This document shows positions 25,269 through 37,619 of a stretch of 64,000 bases of DNA, piece by piece. The notes under the pieces were generated by a model. The model was not told the origin of the DNA, did no database searches, and saw only the letters and a program-made list of their open reading frames with translations. How positions within the stretch are numbered: position 1 is the stretch's first letter; each line of letters starts with the position of its first letter. The stretch comes from Marsupella aquatica (taxonomy: Eukaryota > Plantae > Marchantiophyta). The stretch is from positions 8,701,539 through 8,765,538 of the forward strand of contig OZ316896.1 in NCBI GenBank assembly GCA_973895155.1. Reading direction: 5' to 3'. Both the position numbers and the translations under genes were made by a program.

Positions 25269-28200
25269 TGTTGAGCATAGACAACATTCGTAACAGCAAG
25301 CCCATGAACCATCCAACGCACAATAGTCGACACAGAGAGATACGTGGTTCACCTCCACACGAGGCTACGTCCACGGGAACACACAAGAGCTTTACTGCAC
25401 TCTAGGCCGACCGGCCATACCAAGCATCCACAGCACAAGCTCTCCCTATCTCTCAACTAGCTCCGTAACAATGAGCCTAAGTTCCACCAGGGTCTGGCAT
25501 CAGCCCTAGCTATATGCACAACAGCACTACCGCTAACATTAGCTAAGCCCTAACCCAAGTTAGCCTAAATGTAGTTAGCTCATGAGTCACAAGACTAGAG
25601 CAATATCTAACAAACTTCCCCTTGACTCTTGTCTTGGGGACTGAACTAAATGCTACCATATGGAATCATCAGCGGGAAATTCTAGACAATCACCAAACCA
25701 GGTCTCCCCCTAAAAACCACAAGGGTTAACTAAGGGTTAACTAGAACTAAGCCGTAGCCTAACAGGAATGAGTAATCCATATACAAATAGTCACACATTG
25801 CTAAATAACTCTACGTGCACTACAATTGCAAAACCTGCAAAGTAGCACGGTGTCTTGAGAAACTCTCCAAAGGAATCACTTTGGTAAAGGCATCAGCGGG
25901 ATTGAGCTTTGGACCATCAATCTTGACTAGCTCAAAAGTTTTATCAGACACTGCTTGCCTGATAAAATGGTACCTGATATCAATGTGCTTCACCCTGCTA
26001 TCCATCACCTGGTCAGCAGCCAAGTGAAGAGCACTCTAACTATCACAATTTAGAGTCATTTTTCCATGCTCTAAACCCATCTCTGCGATCAACTTATCCA
26101 ACCAAATTGCTTCCTTTGCTGCTTCTGCTGCTGCAACATACTCTGCTTCTGTAGTAGACTGAGATATGCACTTCTGCAAGGTAGATTTCCAACTGATACA
26201 TCCTCCTCCAAGAGTGTATACAAACTCAGTTGTAGACCTCCTTGTATCCAGACAGCCTCCATAGTCAGAATCTACATAGCCAACTAACGTTCTATCTGAT
26301 CTCGCATCAAATAGTAATCCATAGTCCTGTGTTCCTTTCACATACCTGAGAATCCATTTCACAGCTTCCCAGTGTACTTTCCCTGGATTTGACATGAATC
26401 TGCTGACCTTGCCCATCGCTAGGGCCAAGTCAGGTCTAGTACAAGTCATCAAATACATCAAACTGCCTACTGCCTTCTCATAAGGAATCTTAGCCATCAG
26501 ACCTTTCTCCACAGCATTTGTAGGAGAGAAAGCCGATGATAACTTGAAATGTGAAGCTAAAGGAATACTCATTGGCTTACAGTTCTCCATGTTGAATCGT
26601 GCAAGTACTTTTCTCGCATACTGGCCTTGACTCAAGCACAACTGTCCAGTCTCAGAGTTCCTAAAAATCTCCATCCCTAAGATCCTCTTGGCCTTACCAA
26701 GATCCTTCATTCTGAATTCAACACTCAATTTTGCCTTGAGACTGTCAATCTCAAATTGATCTTTAGCCACAATTAGCATGTCATCCACATAGATCACCAG
26801 AATGATGAAACCAAATACATCATTCTTGACTGATTTCGTATACACACAAGGATCATACACCATCCTTGTAAAACCTTGAGCAAGCATGAAATCATCAAAC
26901 CGCTTGTTCCATTGTCTGGGAGACTACTTCAATCCATACAAGGACTTGAGCAATCTGCAAACTAAGTTGTCTTGGCCTTTCTTCATAAAGCCTAGTGGCT
27001 GTCTCATGAAGATCAACTCTTCCAAGTTGCCATAGAGAAAAGCAGTAACAACATCCATCTGATCCATCACCAGACCAAAAAACACAACAAGCTCACACAA
27101 GATCCGAATTGTGGAATACTTAGCCACCGATGAAAAGACCTCATTGTAGTCCACTCCTTTCTCCTAAGTGAACCCCTTGGCAACAAGCCTTGCCTTGTAG
27201 ATTTTATCTCCACCCTCTGAAGGACTGTCCTTCTACTTGTAAATCCACTTGTTGTTCACCACTTGTTGACCTCTTGGAAGCTCCACTAGCTCCCATGTCT
27301 TGTTGTCACTCAAAGATTGCACCTCCCTCTGCATTGCTGCATTCCACTCATGCTTCTGCTCTGAAGCACAAGCCTCATCAAGATCAGACACCATTCTGCT
27401 GAGGAGCATAACTTGTTGTGAGATGGCGGGTAATCCCCTGCTCCTTACAATACGTTCCAATTCACCAGAACTGTATTCACCGCCATTATCTGATCGAAGA
27501 TATCTCACCTTATTACCAGTCTGATTCTCTACTTGGGCTTTCCACTCCTTAAAAGTGGCAAAAACATCAGACTTATTGTGTAGAAAGTATATCCACACAT
27601 ACCTTGAGTAATCATCAATAAACATGACATAGTATAACCGTCCAGAATTTGAGGGAGTAGGGGCTGGATCCCACACATCACTATGTACATACTCAAGTAC
27701 TTCCTTGTTGGTGTGAGTTCCAACTCCGAAGGGTTTCCTGTGCTGCTTCTCTAGCACACAGTGCTCATAAAATTCCAACTTACAAGATTGCAAATTAGAA
27801 AGTAATCCTTTTTTCTGAAGAATAACCAAACCTTTTTCACTCATGTGGCCCAAACGGAAGTGCCACAGCCGGGCCGTCTCCTCATGAGATAAGGTTACAT
27901 TGTCTTCATGACAGACTACACTACCCTCCAAAATGTATAGATTGCTATGTCTCTTTCTCTTCAATACAACTTTAGTACCAGTTGAAACCTGAAGGACACC
28001 ATTAGCAGAACTCCACTGATGGCCATTTGCTTCTAAAACTCCAAGTGAAATGAGATTTTTCATCATGTTGGGAATGTGTCTCACATTCCTCAACGTTCTT
28101 ACAGCACCATCAAACATCTGAAATCTTACAGATCCAAGTCCAAGAACTTGACATGGGATTCCATTTCCCATCAACACTGACCCGTTAGAAACCGTGTAAG

Positions 28201-29750
28201 AACAAAAAAAATCTCTCCTAGAGCAAATGTGAAAAATACATGCACTATCTAGAATCCAGTCATCACTACCTAGATTTGACAGTACGTTGAGAGCATAACC
28301 TTGACATCACAATATGTCATCATCATTGATTAAATCTACCTCATGCGAGCTCGATGCTGCGTTAGCAAATGCAGTAGGGACCTTTACTCGACAATCCCTT
28401 TTCATGTGGCCAAGCTTGCCACAATTCCAACATGCAAGAGGCTTCCTCTCTTGCGATTTCCCTCTGGATTTAGATCTCCCCCGTGATGTAGATCTAAACC
28501 TGTTCTGCCCATTCGTGCGCTGCGCTGCTCTCCCACGGTTCACGTTCAGCGCAGTGCTAGAAGATGTGTTTGTGATTGACCCAGCTTCTTCTGAGCATCA
28601 TCAGACAATAAAGAGCTCACCACCTCATTATACGGAATGGACTTCAGATCTCTATACAAGAGCACCTATTTCAAGCCCTGATATGATGGCGGTAAGGAGC
28701 TTAGCAGAAGCAAGGCCTTATCCTCATCTTCAACTCCTTTTCCTAGGTTTGACAGATCCACCGCTAGATTATCAAACTCATCCAGGTGATCCTGCATCTT
28801 GCTCCCTTCCTTGAGCCTGAGGCTCATCAAGAGAGACTTCTTGTACAGCCGGTCTGACGCATCTTCCCGGTAGTACTTCTCTCTTAGAGCCTTGAACAGT
28901 GACGCGCAATCCACATAATCATCCAACTGCTTGATGATGTGTGGCTTGAGATATAGCATCACTGCATTGACAGCAATCACCTGCTCCTGTCTCCACTACT
29001 TCACATAAATCTCCTCTCCATCATACTGCTCTCGCGAGGAAAGTAGATGAGCTAGGCCCATGGCCCGTAGAACACCCTTCACTTGTTTCTCCCACAGCAA
29101 GTAATTAGTACGACTATCATACTTCTCCACCTCAAACTTCACTCCTCCAAATCTAGCCATCTCCCTCTTCTTCCCAACTACCAACAACTCTGGTAGTAAG
29201 ACAGCTTCCTCCACTGCACGCCGCACCGGTGATCGTACCGGTGTTACTAGTTCCTCCTCAAACGGTAGCAGCTCCTCCTCAGACTCTCTGTCTGACCGTT
29301 GCGATCCTGAAGCTCCACCGATGCCAATTCTTCCAGTATCCTCCGAGTCACTCATATGAAACAATCACCAAAAAATGTCACCTCCCAGGCATGCTCTGAT
29401 ACCACTTGTTGAGCATAGACGACATTCGTAACAGCAAGCCCATGAACCATCCAACGCACAATAGTCGACACAGAGATATACGTGGTTCACCTCCACATGA
29501 GGTTACGTCCACGGGAACACACAAGAGCTTTACTACATTCTAGGCCGACCGGCCATACCAAGCATCCACAGCACAAGCTCTCCCTATCTCTCAACTAGCT
29601 CCGTAACAATGAGTCTAAGTTTCATCAGGGTCTGGCATCAGCCCTGGCTATATGCACAACAGCACTACCGCTAACACTAGCTAAGCCCTAACCCAAGTTA
29701 GCCTAACGGTAGTTAACTCATGAGTCACAAGACTAGAGCAATATCTAACA
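25269..29750 (-). mobile_element. Ty1/Copia LTR retrotransposon, 4482 bp, non-functional (stops, frameshifts, integrase deletion)
   Basis: 344-bp LTRs at 25269-25612 and 29407-29750 (TG..CA, about 14 mismatches by eye), TSD TTTAT, tRNA-iMet PBS TGGTATCAGAGC (29393-29404) and a PPT next to 25613. Domain order is gag (CWNCGKLGHMKRDC) - PR (WILDSA) - IN (WHFRLGH, HSDVW, RSDNGGEY) - RT (YVDD) - RNase H (YVDSD, TEAEY). Confidence 0.97.
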
Positions 29751-30035
29751 TTTATGACAGGTTAGAGTAATAAAGTTTGGAGATGACAAAGATAGAAGAT
29801 AGTGGGAATCTGGAGCAATATGAAGTATTCTAAAATGGTCATACCAGTTGCAAAAGTTATGTAACAAATATGTTTTGCTATCTCTTTTTGAATGATTGTA
29901 AAAGTTGAACTCCAAGGTGAAATAGAGATTTTCTAGATGCTCCCATTTGCTCTAACCTCTCATTGGTCAGAGTAGTAATGAGGTATCCTGGATCCAGTGC
30001 TTTTCTGCTGTTTGTTCAACAGAGACTCTGCAATG

Positions 30036-30111
30036 AACCCGAGCTTTTGTTCAACAATAGACTGTCACTAGTCAACCCGAGCTTTTGTTCAACAATAGAC
30101 TGTCACTAGTC
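30036..30111. repeat. 38-bp tandem duplication
   Basis: aacccgagcttttgttcaacaatagactgtcactagtc x2. Confidence 0.8.
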
Positions 30112-31931
30112 CGGGTGTGTAGCTAGACACTGCGAAGTGGTGCAGTGAGCTGAAGAATGTGGACGGCTGCCTAACGAGTATGAAGTCGGGCTGAAGCCAT
30201 TTCCAGCATAGTTGCATTTAAGGTGAATACAGGTGCTGCAAATCTCGTTATATCTTGACATTCTTCACATTGTCCGAAGAGGCTCAAGTGTTCGAGTTGA
30301 TGGATTTTCCAGTGGATGTCTACGTCTTGTTTCAACTCTGTAGTCTGCTGATTGGTTGAACTCACGACAATTTGGGGCTATGTCACAATCGGTACTTGCT
30401 TATTACTTAGGTGTTGTGCTCCTAGGATCATCCCGATTCAGCACTTCAGTTTAGATAACAGGTAATATTGTTCGCTTAAGAAAGCTTTCTACTACACGTT
30501 TTCTATACAGATGCCACTCAAGGGCTTAAGCATGTAACTGGGAGCACTTCAAACCTCTATCCGGAATACCACTTTCTCTCTTGAGGAGTATCTCACCAGA
30601 CAGTGTTCCAGCAGAGATAGTCAAGGGTTAGCCTCCAGACCAATTAATCCCATGTGGAAACGTGAAGGCTATTGCGTGCCATTCCTTGGAGAAACAACTG
30701 CTACTCCACACTGTTCTATATGCCGGTTCAAACAAACACCGCTAAATCGTCCAAGCATCCCCACAGCAGACGAAAATCTAGCCTAGATATTGCGTGAAGC
30801 CGTTTTCGGGAGACATAGAAATTCTCATAGCGACTGACTAAATTCCAGTCTCTGGAAGGAAAACACGCAGCACGAACAAGAGAAGAGTCGGCTCCCGCCA
30901 CGACATTCAAGTCCGAAGAGTTGGGAGTGCTGACCATGACCAAAGATTAGTCGGCAGAGCAAGCTCAATCCCACAACAAAGCATGCCCTACATTGCTTGT
31001 TCAAATCTACTACTGGCTTGACAGAGCTGGCTTGTGAAAACGACAATTTAATTCACTCTCTCTCAAAAATTGTCTCTAGCTATTAGTGAAATTGTTGTTA
31101 GCTACGATTAGCCTCGAATAGTTTGATCTCTGAAACTGCCTAAAGTAGTTTGATCTTTGAAATTGCTGGAGACTCAATCCGCAGAGTTTCATCTCCAAAG
31201 AATTCTTAACTTTCTGTTCGACTTTCTGCCCAACCGAAATTATACGGAGCTTTGTTACAAGATCGAGCAATCAGAGAGACAAAATAGCCCTGCCCGACTA
31301 AAATACTACGCATCTTTGTAACACTCAAGCAATCAGAGAAATTATGTAGCGTCTGAATTGAACGCTATCTTCCGAACGACACAGGATTGCCCAAACGGAA
31401 AATCTTCCATGCGCGATGAGGTGAAATGAACCAGAACAGAGATTCTAATCATAGACACATCTAATGCCAAAGTGTCAAGACGCAAGCTCGTTCTCCCAAA
31501 CAGTAATAATTCTGTTGTCTGTAATCATATCGGCTTTCATTCACATGTCGAATTGGCTAATCTATCCAACAAAATTGGAGGTAGAAGAGAGGCGGAATCG
31601 CGAACATGAACGAAGCACGAGTTTACCAAAATACACATACCAAGACCGAGCTTGTATTAAGTAAAGTGCATGCAGACATACTTCCATAACGATCAATCTC
31701 ACCTGGTTTCAACCTCGAAAGATATTTTTGTCAACCAATCATCGACCAGATCCTCGCCTCGACGAGGAGCCCACCACAAGCACAGCTATAGCTTTCCACA
31801 CAATAGTTCAAAAAGAGAGCTTCCAATTCCCTTCAAAACGCTCTGCAAAGGAGTCACGCCCTCACCCAGAGTCACAGAATTGCCTTATTTTGGTTTCACT
31901 CTCCTCCACAAAGATGATGGACCAGAAAGAT

Positions 31932-32070
31932 GAGAGCCCCCTACAGCTTTCCACATACAGACAGACCAAAAGGACGAGAGCTCCCTACAGCTTTACACGT
32001 ACAGAGATTTCCACATACAGACAGACCACAAGGACGAGAGCTCCCTACAGCTTTACATACGTACAGAGAG
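31932..32070. repeat. ~60-bp imperfect tandem repeat
   Basis: gagagc(t/c)ccctacagcttt x3 and ttccacatacagacagacca x2. Confidence 0.75.
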
Positions 32071-35004
32071 GATCATGTGTGACAGGTGACGTTACTTTTG
32101 TTATTTATTTGCTCTATTTTAGAAGCATTTAGAGGCATAGTAAACAATTTTAAAATAGTCAAACTGTAACAAATATAGTTAGAAGTGAAAAAAATGTTAT
32201 CTCTCTCTCTTTGTATTCCCTTTTTTTTTTTTACTTTTAATAATAGTTACCGCATGGCACCCAAAAAATTACATTGCTTTTGCCACAAACACGACAAAGC
32301 CCTTTTTGTTTTACAGAAAACCTGTTTTGTCCTGTTTATCACCATCCTTGGTGATGTGGTGCATCCTAGTGCTAGAGAATTTGCAAGAGGGGTCCGTAAA
32401 GAAAGCTAATTTTCTTTAGCCTTGAGCAGAATCCCAGAGAATTCCAGGATTTCAAGACTGGAAATTTATGGTACTCAGGGTTAATTATACACTCGTAGGT
32501 GGGCTACCCTGCTCGTTAACTCTCTGGAATTTGTTTTTAACTTGTTTAGTTTTATTACGGACCCCACTAGAGGTCTCTTCCAAAATTCCTGGCACCAGAG
32601 CATGCCACGTCAACAACAACCGCAACAAACAAGACTCGTCGGTTTTGTGATCAAACTTACAGTTTTCCTTCGTGTTTGCGTCAATTTGAGTGTAAATTTT
32701 GGGAAGCCATGCCGTAAAAAGAAATGTAAAATTTTAGAAATGCAAAGAGCGAGACGGGTAAAAGTGTCACTATGTAACCGTTTTAGTTACGTATCCAATT
32801 TTAAAAATTAAATTCAAAGATTTGAAAAGTATTTTTCATATAATAAACAATGACTAATAACTAACTTGATAACTTCCTTGTTAACGGGTAACTAGCACAT
32901 GGAGTAAGATTTTCAGCCTTTTGCAATTCATGCAAAATGCCATGGTCGAAACTTGAACTCAATGAATTGATACAATTCATTTGATCAGACATTGATCTGG
33001 TTTCAATTGGACTTGCCACGAATTTACTATTGACTCTCTTGAGAATTTGGTTGCATGTAGCCAAAAGGGCTGATTTTGACAACTGCTTGTGATAAATCAC
33101 GTTGTCGACTTCAGCCTACAAAGCAAAGTATTCATGTGGCAGTTGTGGCAGTTGAAAAAATGTCAAATTGCTCAGTCCCTGAATGGGTCCACAATGATTT
33201 TGTGAGAAAATCTATCCTACTTGTTCAACACAACATGACTACCACCTTCCCTTCCTAATCAGACTTCTCTCTTCTCAAAACTAGTTTTGTACTTCTCCAT
33301 TTGGTGAATAGCTGCATCAAGATCATGAGGCTATTAACCTCTAATTCAGGCTTTAGTGACGAATCTCCAGAATTTTCAATAATTTGAAAGTACATTGACA
33401 AATCTTTTACAAATTAACAGGGCTCAACGACTAGAAAGCTTAGGGTTAGTTGTTGAGAAGAGCAGTCTTCTCAATTGATCTTGAGAAAGTAATTTTCTCA
33501 ACTCAAAGTGCCTTCTAAACTCAAGGCACTTTAGTGATCAAATATAGTGCCATCCAATGCCCAAATCAACTAACTAAAAAAAACTGTGCCTTGGGTTTAT
33601 TAATGTTCTAAACTTAGCTAAAATATCTCATATATCTTAAGTGTTTTAACGTCTGCTAGCAGAGCATTATGAACCATATTAGCCTCTCAAAACTCAAGCT
33701 AAAAGCCCTCATTTTACTGGTCATTATGAAGACTATTGCAAAATCACATTTGGATGAGATAATTTATCCTATATTTCTCTAAAATTTGTAAAACTATCTC
33801 AGCATAATAACATGTGTTACTAGATCATTTTGGACCATCACACAACTTGAGCTAAAACTAATATCACATACATTATTTAGCTAGGGGGTCCACGAACTAA
33901 TTTTGCTTTGGAGAAGTTTTTGTTTATGAAAATACTCCTTTAAGGCTAGCTTGTAAAGTGATCATCTGCATGACATGGGACAAAGAACTGTACAAGAACA
34001 AAAAACTTCAAACCTGGAGAAAGGTCCCAAAGGCAGGAGACTACACTTTGTCAGGCCAAGGCGGTTGATTTTAGGGCATCTAGTCAGATCACTTTTTGCG
34101 ATATTCCTATACATTTTTACCCCGGAGCTATACCAGGCTTTCCAGTTTGTGGGAGGGCTTCACTTCTTGCCATTTGGACTCTTGGGCTTTGTAGCATATG
34201 TTCTTATTGGCTCTTTGGTTTTTCCTTGTTTCCCCCTTATTGGGATTTTGCCTTTGGGATCCTGTCTCACAGTAAGGGGCTTTTTGTTATTTGGCAGTGA
34301 TATAGAGGCGACCCAAGAAAGGGAACAAAGTGAAAGGACTGTCATATGGTTCACAAACTTCACCCTTTTACTTGGGAGGTGGTTCAAATGGTGAAGGCAC
34401 AACTTCCACATTCCAAGGTTGATGTAGCTGCCTAAGAATATGTGATGTTGCAGGATAATTAAATTACTTAGCAGGAAAGCAAAACAGAGAAGCTAATATA
34501 GAACTTGGAGAAAGAAATAAAACTAATCCTGATAGAACAGAGGAAAGAAAAGTAAATAATGGAACAAGCAACTTTCCAAAGGATGCTTTGGTGAAAAGCA
34601 ATGTCCAACAACCCTCTCTAACTGGTCCGTTAGAGAGAATCATGAATAACATACATGATTCATACATTTTGTCGTTAGACACTAACTTTTACTCCTTGAG
34701 TAGACCTCCTCAATCCATTTGTTTTTCGATGAAGGTGAGGGTTCACCATATGTATTAGAAACCCGCAGCAAACTCCAGTCTTGCACAAAGAACACAGAAA
34801 TCCAAAGAGCCACCACAGCCCAAACATATCCTCAATCCACTTGTATGGATAATAATTTATAAGGATTACTGGAGTCATGATTTTGTCTACCTCATTGGCA
34901 GGTTAAGAGATTGAAACAAGGGAAAGCTCATTTAGAATAGGGGGTATCTACACGAACAACGAGTCTGAACAATTTGTACAAGTTCTTAGAAAACGTTTGG
35001 TCAC

Positions 35005-35200
35005 GACTATCATCCTCTCCAATTATGCACAACTGTAATATAAAGTCATATCGTCTATCATCATCTCCATTTATGTACAGCTCTAATATATAGTCACATT
35101 ATCTATCATCGCTCCATTTAAATATTTATGTGAGTTCTCTATTATATGCATTGTTTCTCGCTCTCCATTTTAAGAACAACTATAATGTATAGTCACAGCT
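35005..35200. repeat. ~44-bp degenerate tandem repeat
   Basis: ctatcatc.tctcca.ttatg.aca.ct.taatata.agtca recurs about four times. Confidence 0.65.
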
Positions 35201-37619
35201 AAGGGCCCTATCCTGGAGTCCTGGCGCCTCATTGTGCTCTAGGTAGTTCTGCATCTGAGATTTTACCAAAAGTGGGCTCATCCTTTGGCAACAAAATCAG
35301 CTTATTGTTGCTAGCCATCTGAACACCAAACTGTTCAGCCCACTCTCACCTGTTCCAACATCATCAGCTGCCCAACCATTGCTGGATGATGTTGGACGTT
35401 TATTATCACCCCTCTACAGGGTTGGCTTGAATATTCCAATGGGGCGTCTGGAAGGTGGCCCAGCATAGTAATGGGCATAGGCAAGTGAAGTGAACTCAGG
35501 GTCCAAACTATCTGAAATTTGAAACCAGAGAGACCGTCTCTAAGTAACCTTTAATTAGAATGAATTACCATTCTGCTCTCAAAATCTTTGACATCTGACT
35601 CCTTTCAATAAGCAGTGCAATATTTTCCTCGCGTGAAGCACCAAAATTGTTTCAAATCTTCAATTCCAAGTTCTGCTTTTGGAAGCTCTGAGATTTGACT
35701 TTAGCAAAAACAAGAGAACAACTGTGAATTTGCGACATAACTATTATATCTTGGAATCTAACTTGGGCACAACTAACTCTGGTGTCGAATGGACTTGAAT
35801 TTTTTTGCCTTGAATTCCGATACCAGATCTAAATTACTCTAGCTCAAATTTCACATTAAGGTTTGACCGGTCCAGACGTGAGTGGTAGAATGAAATCACA
35901 AGCAATTGGAACACTTGGGAGCAATTCAGATAGAATCAAATACCTTGACATGCTGCACTTTGGTGAGAATTGTATTGAATAGACTGGAGGGTCATTGTAA
36001 TTGTGATTAGGTTCGCCTTCAAATGCAGTACAAGGTCATTCATCTGTGCACCGTTTCGTCCTGGACGACTAGACAAAATGCATGTTCCTGTCAATCATTT
36101 TGTGGTCGTTCTGTGCTGTAAAGAAGACCTACTTCATACTTAGTGAATCAATTTCTCGGGCACATGGGAGAGAACCTAAGTATGGATCGGAACTGTGAAA
36201 ATCAACTGGTCTTAAGGTCTTATTTCAGTCAATAGACCAGAGCTCCTATTGTTGACCAGTATTCGATGTCACAAATGGACCAGCTTTACAATGCCTCAAG
36301 CTACTCCTTGAAATTTCTAATTTATCTCCAATGTCTCTAATGATTGAAAGGAACCGATGGCAATTTCCAAAACTGTTTCTGCTTGTACTTTTCCTGCATG
36401 AAATACAAAGCATCACTTGATTCTTTCCTCAATTCTTTGACGAACACTAAACATCTATGGAAAAACCTAACGGTTGAGCTACCAGTTCATTGCTAACAAA
36501 TCATAACGAGATACATCCAACACTCGGCAACGGTTCTTATTAGAGTTAGGCCTTAGCGGATTTGAAGCTGCATGACCATAGATTTGGAATTGAACGCTCC
36601 AAAATCTCCTGAAAAGTGCATTTTTCAAAATGCACTGGTAGCCGTCTACACTTGTCGAGTCCCACAAGAACTATGCAACTTGACTCATTGCGGTTATTTA
36701 GGTTTTCCCATATCTGACAAATTCCCAACAAGCACCATTGCCCGGCCTCCCCGTCATTGCTGCTGCTGGCGCTGCTGAATCACCAATTGCATGGGCCAAC
36801 TTCCGAACAGCGTCATACCCATAGTGATAGCTTCCATCCTCTCTTTTGCCTGCCTTACATTCCACAAATTGCGACACCTTAATGAAGAGATCTTGCCTCT
36901 CATGCACTAAAAACCCTCGCCTCTCTTTGCAAAGCCAAGACCCAACTGAGCGAAACTGGGAGTACTACTCTCTCTCTACCGCCGCTGTAGCTGTTTACCA
37001 ATCACTGGTAGACTCTGTGGCCGAGAAACTCCGGATTCTTCATCAGCGCGTTGTGAGATTCACTTCTAGCTGAGGCCGGCCTGCCAGTAAAGTCAGATAG
37101 TCATCCACTCCGTGTACAAAATCTACGTTGATGGATCAGGTCTAGTCAGTTTCATACAGGAGCTCGCGTTCTGTAGACATTGATTGATTCGGATAGCCGA
37201 GTAGACAATCATATTAATCCCTCTTGTGTTTGTTAGGAGTCAGTCTCCTTGCCTTCCACTCCACTTCACACTTATCTTGTTGCAATTCTACACATGAATG
37301 AGGCTGACTTGGGTCTTTCTCAAGGTAAGAGTACATTCAAGCCCCTTTAAACATGAATTGGTTTGGGTGACAGTTCATCAATTAGTGTTCAATTGGTTTG
37401 GTTGACTCCTCATTTGCTCAGAAATTTTCAGAGACTCATCGCACCCTCAATCCCCATTTTCCACCTCCACCTCTAAACTCAATCCCATTAGCCAAGACCT
37501 ACCATTCATCCTTTCTCTTTGACTGTATCTATGAGGGGGCCTCAATATTCACAACTGCCTGATTTTTGGCCGCATGCAAATAGGGAACGGGCACCCACAA
37601 GGGAGGTCCACACCAGCTG

